Shown here: positions 20,689-28,687 of the stretch, in pieces | How positions within the stretch are numbered: position 1 is the stretch's first letter | Layout of the letters: the number at the start of each line of letters is the position of its first letter | Source: a virus | Reading direction: 5' to 3' (one strand) | DNA length: 64,000 bases | Virus record (IMG/VR): IMGVR_UViG_3300045988_141580 | The notes under the pieces: generated by a model | What the model was told of the DNA's origin: nothing | Databases searched by the model: none | Seen by the model: only the letters and a program-made list of their open reading frames with translations | Program-made: the position numbers and the translations under genes

Positions 20689-20778
20689 ACTGCAATTATA
20701 ATTATGAAAATTTTACATTCATACTATTACGATGTAAAGGTAGTGTATTCCTGCGAAACAAGCTCACTATAAATCAAA

Positions 20779-20802
20779 CTGGAGTGAGAACACCCACTCC
20801 AG
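20779..20802 (-). terminator. Rho-independent terminator after the 748-aa gene
   Basis: 8-bp stem ctggagtg/cactccag with an 8-nt loop; on the minus strand it is followed by TTTGATTTAT. Confidence 0.6.
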
Positions 20803-20826
20803 CTCAACATAAATTTATAACAAGAA

Positions 20827-23073
20827 TCAGGATATTGTCCAATCTGCATTGGAAGTAATGGTAATTGCCTTACCCTCTCCATTGGCCACAAAGGACAATT
20901 CTGTCGGAGTGACATCCAATGATGCACTTACTCCAGCCTGATTGAACGTAACATCAGTGGTGGCCAACTTTGACCCCTCTCCAGTGGCCGTAACCATAAC
21001 CACAAAACCATTTCGAGGAGAGGTTGACGTATTCTGTGTCACAGTCACCGTCGCACCGCTAAGACTGAATCCAGTCTTGCTTGTCTTGACCTCATAAGCA
21101 AATGACACACTTCCTGCACGAGTGCTGCCTGATGTATAGCTTACAGTCTGACTTGCATTAGGTAATATCGTGCTTGAACCACCAGACGCTGGAATGGAGA
21201 CTGGAGTTGTGGCCGTAACAGAAACATCCCCATAGATGGCCTCATTGGCCCCCTGATAAACGGTGACTGAATCAGAACCAGACTTGCCGTTCAGCGTCAC
21301 GGTGGCTGTTAATGTTCCAACGCTTGACCTTAATTTTACTGTTGTGCCAAGACTGTCAGCACTCACAGGCGCTCCATAGGAAACCACCCCTCCAGATGTA
21401 ATTGTTGACAGTACTTCAGACGCTCCAGAAGTATAATACTGATTCTGACCTTGAGAATAGGTAACCGTACCACTGGAAATCATACCACCACTTGCTGGAA
21501 TATCATCATTAACAGTAAGTGAAACAGACGGAATGTCATACTCAATGGAAGTCTTCTGGTTCGCCTGTTGATAGACAGAAATGACAAAGGTCTCGTAAAC
21601 GCCAACTTCGATGGTAAACCTCACCCTAACATCAATTACATTCCTCCTGGATTTCATATTTGTACCCAGACTATCCGCTGTCACATAACCGTTGGACGTG
21701 TCAACTACGGCATTACTATACGAACTACCACCACCCCAGTACTTGCTATATGATATACTCATAGATTCACGAGAAATGGCCTCATAGGATCCAGATGTAT
21801 AACTCCAGTAACAAGGATAGTCCTTAATTGTAGGTATAGCCGCACCTCCATCAGCACCAATATCACTATAGGTAACAGGCTGTGAATTAAGTTTCAAAGT
21901 CTTATCGTTCGCTTCCTGATAGACATACATCATTCCTGAAGCTGACTCCCCACCATTTCCAGTCCAGGTAACAGCCTGAGACTTCACCAAGGTAATTTCA
22001 GAGACAGTCGTCCCCTTGGAAGAAACCGTGCCAGAAATAAAAGAAACTGATGGATCTATGGATTCATCTGTCGTCACAGCCTCTGACGTCTGTACTGTAT
22101 TGGTGGCTTCTGACGTATAGGTGTCAGTGCGATATGTGGCCGCAACAGTCTTGTTCTGAGAACCTTTTCCAGCCGTGGCCGTTCCAGTACCACCGCTTGC
22201 CGCAATGGTGGCGTTCGTGATGGTTCCAATGGACACACTACCATAGGTGACCTCCCCGCCTGAATCAACGGAACTCTCAACCTTGTTGGCTTCCTGTGAC
22301 ACTATTACGGTGGCAATGGTTCCTTGATATGAACCTGTCACGGTCGTTGACCGTGCGTCACCCACGGTGGTTCCACGAGTGCCGACTGACACAACATTTC
22401 CGGATGATACACTAAACACAGCACCTAACACAGTACATGTCGGAATAACGCTATCCGTTAAAATAAGCGAACCATTTCTGTACGTCCGTAACGTGCCTAA
22501 AATAGTGGACGAACCACCCTTTGCGGCAATCGTGGACACGGACGGTGAAAGCGTAAGTGTATAGGTGACAACAGAAGCGGCCTGATTCAATGTCCACGTC
22601 GCCTTTGCACCACTTGCTGTCGTAGCCGTAATCGTGAAACTAAGAGCTGATGTTCCAGTGTTTACAGGAACTGTCACTGATATGCTGAACTCATATTGAG
22701 AGGACGCTCCTGGGTCGCCTGTGATGACCACCCCATTGGTAGCTGTCGAGCCATTGACCGTATAGGATAACGAAACAATAACATCCGTAGAGCTTGAAGC
22801 AAATGTTAGTTTGGAAGAATTCGATAACCCACTCAGGGTAAGCGTCTGCCCCTCCCTGTCAACAGAGACAGACGCATCACCTGTAATGGATACAAACTCT
22901 TCAAGTGCTTTCTGCACCACTGTATATGAACGACTAACGGAAAGCCCCTTAACGGTGGCCGTCACACTCGTGGAACGTGTATTACGTCCTGTGTGATTCG
23001 TTCCAGTATTCGTCAAGGTGGCGTTCCCTGAGCCGGACATAGGATATACAGTAAGCCAAGATGATTTTGCCAT
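20827..23073 (-). CDS. Ser/Thr-rich multi-repeat BACON/Ig-like fibre or decoration protein
   Basis: 748 aa with about 6 repeats ending in V/Y-x-Q-x-A-N. The N-terminus is the second half of a BACON-like domain and the C-terminus is the first half. Confidence 0.65.
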   Translation of the reverse strand: MAKSSWLTVYPMSGSGNATLTNTGTNHTGRNTRSTSVTATVKGLSVSRSYTVVQKALEEFVSITGDASVSVDREGQTLTLSGLSNSSKLTFASSSTDVIVSLSYTVNGSTATNGVVITGDPGASSQYEFSISVTVPVNTGTSALSFTITATTASGAKATWTLNQAASVVTYTLTLSPSVSTIAAKGGSSTILGTLRTYRNGSLILTDSVIPTCTVLGAVFSVSSGNVVSVGTRGTTVGDARSTTVTGSYQGTIATVIVSQEANKVESSVDSGGEVTYGSVSIGTITNATIAASGGTGTATAGKGSQNKTVAATYRTDTYTSEATNTVQTSEAVTTDESIDPSVSFISGTVSSKGTTVSEITLVKSQAVTWTGNGGESASGMMYVYQEANDKTLKLNSQPVTYSDIGADGGAAIPTIKDYPCYWSYTSGSYEAISRESMSISYSKYWGGGSSYSNAVVDTSNGYVTADSLGTNMKSRRNVIDVRVRFTIEVGVYETFVISVYQQANQKTSIEYDIPSVSLTVNDDIPASGGMISSGTVTYSQGQNQYYTSGASEVLSTITSGGVVSYGAPVSADSLGTTVKLRSSVGTLTATVTLNGKSGSDSVTVYQGANEAIYGDVSVTATTPVSIPASGGSSTILPNASQTVSYTSGSTRAGSVSFAYEVKTSKTGFSLSGATVTVTQNTSTSPRNGFVVMVTATGEGSKLATTDVTFNQAGVSASLDVTPTELSFVANGEGKAITITSNADWTIS
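22705..22731. repeat. 27-nt exact direct repeat, copy 1 (cgctcctgggtcgcctgtgatgaccac)
   Basis: Identical to 24166..24192; encodes VVITGDPGA in both paralogues. Confidence 0.9.
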
Positions 23074-23083
23074 AATACACCCC

Positions 23084-23395
23084 TTATTCTATTGTCCAAT
23101 TGCCAGTAGTCGTGATTTGAATGGTCTTTCCAGAAGTTGGATCATCTGTAAAACTCAATGAAGTAGGACTGACTTCCAAAGTATCAACGGATCCTCCAGA
23201 AGCCTTTTTAACAGCATCCAGATTCACAAACCAAGCCCCTTGATAGGAAGCAAGGCTCGTCTCGTCGAACTTGCCTGTTCTGACAAGCTCGCTCTTGCGA
23301 ACAAAGGCCGTCGCAGAAATGCCGATGTCAGTCGGAGTGATACCCCCGATATCAGCCGCTTGCTTGGCCGTCGCGAAAGGTCTAAGTTCCGCCAT
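23084..23395 (-). CDS. Small protein ending in a first-half BACON-like segment
   Basis: 103 aa, C-terminus TLEVSPTSLSFTDDPTSGKTIQITTTGNWTIE. Its stop lies 10 nt before the ATG of the 748-aa gene. Confidence 0.7.
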   Translation of the reverse strand: MAELRPFATAKQAADIGGITPTDIGISATAFVRKSELVRTGKFDETSLASYQGAWFVNLDAVKKASGGSVDTLEVSPTSLSFTDDPTSGKTIQITTTGNWTIE

Positions 23396-23398
23396 ACG

Positions 23399-23614
23399 CT
23401 ACTTCGTGTTTCCAGCCCCACCCTGTGCATCGACAAACTTGGTAAAAACAATGTTCCCGGACACAGAGTTGATCTTATCAATAATCTGTTGACCTGTAAG
23501 ATTCGCCAGAATCTGCTCGGAGGTCATAATGCTGGAAGGATTATTCTTCCAACTGCGAACCTGCTCAATTGCAGCATCCACTTCAGCTCCAGTAAATTTT
23601 GATTTGTATGCCAT
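23399..23614 (-). CDS. Small fibre-associated hypothetical protein
   Basis: 71 aa. The N-terminal KFTGAEVDAAIEQV resembles fibre N-terminal motifs. Confidence 0.55.
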   Translation of the reverse strand: MAYKSKFTGAEVDAAIEQVRSWKNNPSSIMTSEQILANLTGQQIIDKINSVSGNIVFTKFVDAQGGAGNTK

Positions 23615-23656
23615 AATCTAAGATATTAAAACAATTTTTCATTAAAAATTATAGTG

Positions 23657-23842
23657 TTACTGCTCCTTCAGCACCCCATAGGGGGAATCATCAGCCACAA
23701 GCATCGAATCTTCATCACCCATAGGTATAAACGGCTCACGCAGACCAAGATGAACAACAACAAAAGAATCCTCCGCTGGAAGAGTTCCTTCAGTCAATCT
23801 GCCTGTGATTTTCACCTCTCTGTCAAATTCCTCATTTATCAT
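23657..23842 (-). CDS. Small acidic hypothetical protein
   Basis: 61-aa ORF downstream of the terminator hairpin. Confidence 0.45.
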   Translation of the reverse strand: MINEEFDREVKITGRLTEGTLPAEDSFVVVHLGLREPFIPMGDEDSMLVADDSPYGVLKEQ

Positions 23843-23863
23843 GGTCCCCCTCCTTAATTAAAA

Positions 23864-23892
23864 GAGGGGTGGGGTAATATGCCCCACCCCTC
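23864..23892 (-). terminator. Strong rho-independent terminator after the 210-aa BACON-like gene
   Basis: Perfect 11-bp GC-rich stem gaggggtgggg/ccccacccctc with a 7-nt loop; on the minus strand it is followed by TTTTAATTAA. Confidence 0.8.
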
Positions 23893-23925
23893 ATTTTGTC
23901 GAATAAACACCTATTCCCAAAGGCA

Positions 23926-24558
23926 CTACGAGAGTGTCCAGGCGGTGTTGGACTTGATGCCCTGAGATACAGCCTCACCGCTTGCCTCGATAGTGATGCT
24001 TTCCTTGTCGAAGCTGAAGGTAGGATCTCCGGCTGTCTGCTTAATGGTGATCTGAGCGGTGGCTGCATTGTCACCTGCCGTAACAGCAAGAGCACACTGA
24101 AGCTCATTGATAGTAAGGTTCTCAGCGATACCTGTAAAGGTAATGCTAAACTCATACTCTGCTGCCGCTCCTGGGTCGCCTGTGATGACCACATTGTTGG
24201 TGGTGGCTGCACCTGCTGCTGTGTAGGATTCAGGAAGAGTAAGGGAAAGATCGTTGACCGTACCCTCTGCGTTGTCAACAAGACTGAACGCAAGTTTAGC
24301 GGAATTGGACTTACCCTTAATGGTGAGAGAACCACCATCCTTGCCGACAGTAATCTCCGTGCCATTGTCAAAGGACACGAACTCAGGCTTCGGCTTCTGA
24401 ATTACGGAATAAGTTTTGTTAGGAGATACTCCAGTGGCTACACCTGTAACAGTTGTAGTTCTCTGCACACGTCCAGTGTGGACGGTGGCTGTGTTCTGTA
24501 CGGTTGCATTACCCTGTCCTGATGTAGGACTTAGAGTCAACCAAGCTGCTTTTGCCAT
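23926..24558 (-). CDS. BACON/Ig-like decoration or fibre protein (paralogue of the 748-aa protein)
   Basis: 210 aa. N-terminus MAKAAWLTLSPTSGQGNATVQNTATVHTGRVQRTTTV. C-terminus SITIEASGEAVSQGIKSNTAWTLS. Has its own -7 box and a strong terminator, which suggests high expression. Confidence 0.7.
   Translation of the reverse strand: MAKAAWLTLSPTSGQGNATVQNTATVHTGRVQRTTTVTGVATGVSPNKTYSVIQKPKPEFVSFDNGTEITVGKDGGSLTIKGKSNSAKLAFSLVDNAEGTVNDLSLTLPESYTAAGAATTNNVVITGDPGAAAEYEFSITFTGIAENLTINELQCALAVTAGDNAATAQITIKQTAGDPTFSFDKESITIEASGEAVSQGIKSNTAWTLS
24166..24192. repeat. 27-nt exact direct repeat, copy 2
   Basis: Identical to 22705..22731. Confidence 0.9.
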
Positions 24559-24622
24559 AGAACAAAAAGATTTAATTAAACACTATAATAAAACTTGTAA
24601 AAAGTTCCTTCCTTTATATAAC

Positions 24623-24631
24623 GCAAATATA
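24623..24631 (-). promoter_or_regulatory. -7 box TATATTTGC upstream of the 210-aa gene
   Basis: ACTATATTTGC on the minus strand, 65 nt before ATG 24558. The same extended word occurs at 38153, 42463 and 45973. Confidence 0.4.
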
Positions 24632-24651
24632 GTTATAAAACATATTCCTCA

Positions 24652-25530
24652 CTACTCAAGCGTCCATGTTGTCTGCGCCATCACTGTCTGCTCACCATAA
24701 TTCTCATTATTCAAATAAAGAATGTCCACACCAAAGTTGAATAATTCGCCACCGTACTCCAAAACCCAGTCCGTATTCGACAGAATACCCATATCACCCT
24801 CTGCCACCAGAGCATCCAGCCACAGATACGGATTGGTGAAGAAAAAATACTTCCCAATCGGCTCCGGCTCCGGCATTTCAAAATCACTGACAGGAATAGG
24901 TGACTCAAACTTCACACACGACATCAAGTCCTGACGTATAAGTGAAGCACAATCCTCACTCTCGGTAACATCTATGGAAACCGTCTTTATAATAACAGGC
25001 AGAGGAAACAAACTATTCTCAGCCACAAGCTCAGACGTGGAGAACGAAAAGTTTAGAAACTCCTCCTCAAAGATGTTCCTCGCCCCCTGCAACAAGGCAT
25101 AAAGCACCTCCCCCATCAACAGTGATTCCATAGGATTATCACTAAAGCACATCAGGTTCACCTTTGAATTGCTTGTCACACTAAATGCTTCCCTCTGATA
25201 TCCAGGGGCACCAAACGAACTCTCCGGATCACCGATTCCTCCCAGTGGATTGGGCTGTGTCTGCTGACGTGACGGCTCTCGAACCACAATACACGGAAGA
25301 GCCACCTTATCCTTCGGATATTCCAGTGTGACAGCCACCTTACGAGAACTCTCATTGGTTCGCAGAAACATCTTTCTGGCCTGTTCATAGAAGTCAAAGC
25401 TCCCGTCCCGAGCACCCCAAAACATCTGATATAGAAATGTCTGTGTCTCAGGAATTCCACTGTTATAATCTCGCTGAATATAGTCAATCAGCCCTAAGAC
25501 AAGTCTCTTAATTCTCGCTACAAGTATCAT
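24652..25530 (-). CDS. Hypothetical neck/head-proximal structural protein
   Basis: 292 aa. The C-terminus carries ILSNTDWVLE and a terminal TTWTLE, resembling the first-half BACON ending. Confidence 0.65.
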   Translation of the reverse strand: MILVARIKRLVLGLIDYIQRDYNSGIPETQTFLYQMFWGARDGSFDFYEQARKMFLRTNESSRKVAVTLEYPKDKVALPCIVVREPSRQQTQPNPLGGIGDPESSFGAPGYQREAFSVTSNSKVNLMCFSDNPMESLLMGEVLYALLQGARNIFEEEFLNFSFSTSELVAENSLFPLPVIIKTVSIDVTESEDCASLIRQDLMSCVKFESPIPVSDFEMPEPEPIGKYFFFTNPYLWLDALVAEGDMGILSNTDWVLEYGGELFNFGVDILYLNNENYGEQTVMAQTTWTLE

Positions 25531-26300
25531 AATTGCGCCAAAAAATTATCAATCGCCATATCCGCCACAATATAGATGTCAGCCTGATCCAATGCCTTAT
25601 CCATAAACTTATGAGCATCAAACCCCGGATGAATCCACGAGTTAGGATCACTTCTATCACTCACACGCCTGAATGTCATATAGCTGCCTCGGTTCTCCTT
25701 GTCGGTGGATGAAACATTCACACGCACCAAACCGAGATACTTCGGAGCCTTATGAGTGTACTCTGGTATAACACCCCTCGCTGTAACAATCTCCTTTCTG
25801 CTACCAAGCTGCCTATACTGCTCCGGAAGCTGTGCCATAGACACTCCACGACCACCATTATTCTTCGCTATATCGTATATCTCCTTCGGTAGAACGCTCT
25901 GAAATATGCCTGATTCAGCGACCGCTTCAGGAGTGGCATGTCTAAACGGAACTGTCAAATACCAGCCGCCACCCATAGCCTTAAGACGCTTCCGTGGAGA
26001 GGCCTCGAAGAACGGCTTCTCATCCCAAGCCTCCTTGCCCTCCTCCAAGGCCATAGCAAGACCATTCTCACCCTCACGCAACCCAAATATAACCTCCGTG
26101 GGACTCTTTTTGTCGACATACATCGCATTCTTATAAACATTGCGAAGCCCCTTTAGATTATTATCAACAAGATTCTCCCATTTGGAAGTGTACTCCACGA
26201 CTATTCTGTCAATGATAACATCACTCAGTTCCATTGACTGTGTAGCCGTAAGAGCAAACTCCTCAACCACCTCACTAATATCTATATTCAAAGGCATCAT
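25527..26300 (-). CDS. Hypothetical head-tail joining module protein
   Basis: 257-aa ORF with 4-nt overlap coupling to its neighbours. Confidence 0.65.
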   Translation of the reverse strand: MMPLNIDISEVVEEFALTATQSMELSDVIIDRIVVEYTSKWENLVDNNLKGLRNVYKNAMYVDKKSPTEVIFGLREGENGLAMALEEGKEAWDEKPFFEASPRKRLKAMGGGWYLTVPFRHATPEAVAESGIFQSVLPKEIYDIAKNNGGRGVSMAQLPEQYRQLGSRKEIVTARGVIPEYTHKAPKYLGLVRVNVSSTDKENRGSYMTFRRVSDRSDPNSWIHPGFDAHKFMDKALDQADIYIVADMAIDNFLAQL

Positions 26301-27091
26301 CTCTCTATATCGTCATTAATCAACAGACCGCCACCACCATAGTTAGGCTTCCCCACGAGTAAATGAGTTCTCCTGCCAATACTTTGAACAGGCATCTTCA
26401 ATATCTGAAACTGTCCAGACATCTTACCCCTGCCAAGTGAAGCCCTTATCTCGTGCGGCATATCTATTATATGATATTCAACTCTATGTGTATAGACTAT
26501 GGAAATAGCCGTGTCAGGCGCAACGTTTCCCTTCGTGAATCTAAGACAATAAGGATTATCCTCCATAATCTCATAACAAGAATCATCCAGCCGATACAAC
26601 TTCTGATCGGAACCATAGAACTTATACACCCTTTCAATCGTTACAGGCGCATAGGAAAGGAAACATATCACGCTCTCATCAACGGTCTCGGTAACAAGCC
26701 GTGACTCCGTAAAGGTCGCAATTTCATCCTCAACAGTCACTCTGTTGAGAAAGGATACAAGCCGTTTATCCTCATCACGAACCGTAATGGCCGCTGTTCC
26801 CATCAACTCTGGATTCCATTGAACATAGTTGGTGGAACGATTCAAGCCTGTTATAAGAGCCTTGGTACGCACTGGATTGATGAAGAAGTAGCCAAATCCG
26901 TGACAGTTCTCACAGTCCGGAAGTGCTGCATCAGAACTTCCACAGCAAGGACATCTAACAGCCTGTTCACAGACAACATCATATCCATGTGACCAGATGG
27001 CCGCATCAAAGTCATTGGGTCTGAACTGAACAGCGGGTTGTCCATACAATGACGCTTCAGGCGCATCAATTATGTTTCTATCCTTTAGCAT
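26297..27091 (-). CDS. Hypothetical structural protein with DnaJ-type CxxCxGxG zinc knuckle
   Basis: CPCCGSS...CENCHGFG motif; 264 aa. Confidence 0.65.
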   Translation of the reverse strand: MLKDRNIIDAPEASLYGQPAVQFRPNDFDAAIWSHGYDVVCEQAVRCPCCGSSDAALPDCENCHGFGYFFINPVRTKALITGLNRSTNYVQWNPELMGTAAITVRDEDKRLVSFLNRVTVEDEIATFTESRLVTETVDESVICFLSYAPVTIERVYKFYGSDQKLYRLDDSCYEIMEDNPYCLRFTKGNVAPDTAISIVYTHRVEYHIIDMPHEIRASLGRGKMSGQFQILKMPVQSIGRRTHLLVGKPNYGGGGLLINDDIER

Positions 27092-27140
27092 ATTCTGGAT
27101 ATTTTATAATAATTTTCACGAATTTTCTATTTTGTTCATT

Positions 27141-27169
27141 GTGATTCCAAGAAATCACGTTATATTTGC
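27141..27169 (+). promoter_or_regulatory. Plus-strand copy of the phage promoter cassette
   Basis: TGTGATTCCAAGAA-N7-TATATTTGC. Spacing is identical to the 43401 copy (CCAAGAA-N7-TAnnTTTGC). Confidence 0.5.
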
Positions 27170-27174
27170 AGCGT

Positions 27175-27298
27175 AACAAGGTTGTAATGAGTAAGTACAG
27201 GTTCATTACGTAAATTTAGAGAGCATGACGCTTTAAGCAAATTCCTAAATTCCTTAATATAAGCCAGACAAAAATCAATAGTTTGTCTGGTTTATTTG
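27175..27298 (+). ncRNA. Candidate ~120-nt small RNA (promoter to terminator, no ORF above 8 codons)
   Basis: Bounded by the 27141 promoter and the 27264 hairpin plus T-run. Internal hairpin gtaatga/tcattac. Confidence 0.3.
27264..27290. terminator. Bidirectional hairpin overlapping the stop of the 470-aa gene
   Basis: 9-bp stem ccagacaaa/tttgtctgg with a 9-nt loop; followed by TTTATTTGTT on the plus strand. Confidence 0.6.
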
Positions 27299-28687
27299 TT
27301 CATAATGACTACGTCGCACATTTTCGTCTTCAATAATTTTGGAATTCCTACCCCTCGAAGAATCATAAGAAGTCAAAATAAAATGCCGCACAACTTGATT
27401 CCCATATAAATCCTTAGACACTTCCACACTAATAACAAAAGATTCACCTTTTTGATTAAGCAATTCATACGCTCCATTCCTTTCATTAAATTTTACCTCA
27501 AATGAAGAAGAATCTTTTTGAAACCTAATCAAATTATAAGTAAGTACGTCTTCCGCATTTTTAATGGATGAAAAATCATTCTGTTGAACAAAATGTCGCA
27601 AAAGGATATGTTTTAGACCTTTATCTGCATCACCCCAAACCATATCTATTGAGGTCTCAACCATTAACGGTTCCCCTCCAACTTGATAAACTTGATAAGG
27701 CCTACCATTTTCATCAATATCTATTGCTGGAAGATTTATTTTTACAACATCGTATGCTTGACCAGTTTTTCTTCTAAAAAGTGCCTTAAAAGCTTGTCGA
27801 GGATCACCAACAAAATCCCTAAAAATCTGTCCATATCTTCCTCTAACAAATTTATCTTTTACATCATCATACCAATACCTCCATCGCCCATTACGCCATT
27901 CACGACGAATGTACTTATAGGACTTCATTAGGTATCGCTCCGTAAGATTTAGGAACACGGACTTCTTCACTTCATGCTCCTTACGATGCCATTCCAGCCA
28001 AGCGTAGGACGGCTTCGTTCTGCCATAACCATTCTTCTTCTGCGCCCATTCATAAGCATAGGCTCCACCGCCTAAATCAACTGCATAGATATCAGTCCAT
28101 TCAGGGTGCTTTGCTGCAAATTCCTCAGATTTGGCATAGGTGCGCTCATTTCTTCCAAATTCCTTACCCTTAAAATCACCTGAAATTGATTCCCAGTAGT
28201 TATCCAGTTCCTGCTCCTTCTGACGACGCCTATCCATTTCTTCCTCACGCTTTCGAGCTCGCTCCTGAATAGCATCATAATGTTCCTTCGCATAATCAGC
28301 AAGTTTCTTCACATCTGAATCATAGGTAAAGAAATCCTCATTCATAACACGATGTATATTCGTAACAGAATGATCGCTGATTCTAAACTTTAGACCATAG
28401 CCCTGAACATAGGTGCTAACACCAAAGTCTGTAATTGAACGACTGATATAGAATTCACCAAGACCACGCTTCTTCAACGCTGAAAGCAATTCCTGAGCCT
28501 TGACGTACTGCTGATCAGAGACACGTTCCTGTGCTCTACGTCGTGCCAGACGTTCATCCTGCTCCTGCCGCATTCTCTGCTCAGACACACCATAACGCTG
28601 ACCAACACGCCCAAGCCTACGATTCTCAGGTGTATTGGCATATATACCAGAACGTGCCTTGAGGAATATTTCAGTCAATGTTAGCAT
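27275..28687 (-). CDS. NRRLGRVG-motif protein with C-terminal putative nuclease/toxin-like domain
   Basis: 470 aa. N-terminus SGIYANTPENRRLGRVGQRYG. Contains YKYIRREWRNGRWRYWY. C-terminal GLKHILLRH segment (possibly PBECR-like; unverified). Confidence 0.6.
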   Translation of the reverse strand: MLTLTEIFLKARSGIYANTPENRRLGRVGQRYGVSEQRMRQEQDERLARRRAQERVSDQQYVKAQELLSALKKRGLGEFYISRSITDFGVSTYVQGYGLKFRISDHSVTNIHRVMNEDFFTYDSDVKKLADYAKEHYDAIQERARKREEEMDRRRQKEQELDNYWESISGDFKGKEFGRNERTYAKSEEFAAKHPEWTDIYAVDLGGGAYAYEWAQKKNGYGRTKPSYAWLEWHRKEHEVKKSVFLNLTERYLMKSYKYIRREWRNGRWRYWYDDVKDKFVRGRYGQIFRDFVGDPRQAFKALFRRKTGQAYDVVKINLPAIDIDENGRPYQVYQVGGEPLMVETSIDMVWGDADKGLKHILLRHFVQQNDFSSIKNAEDVLTYNLIRFQKDSSSFEVKFNERNGAYELLNQKGESFVISVEVSKDLYGNQVVRHFILTSYDSSRGRNSKIIEDENVRRSHYEQINQTNY

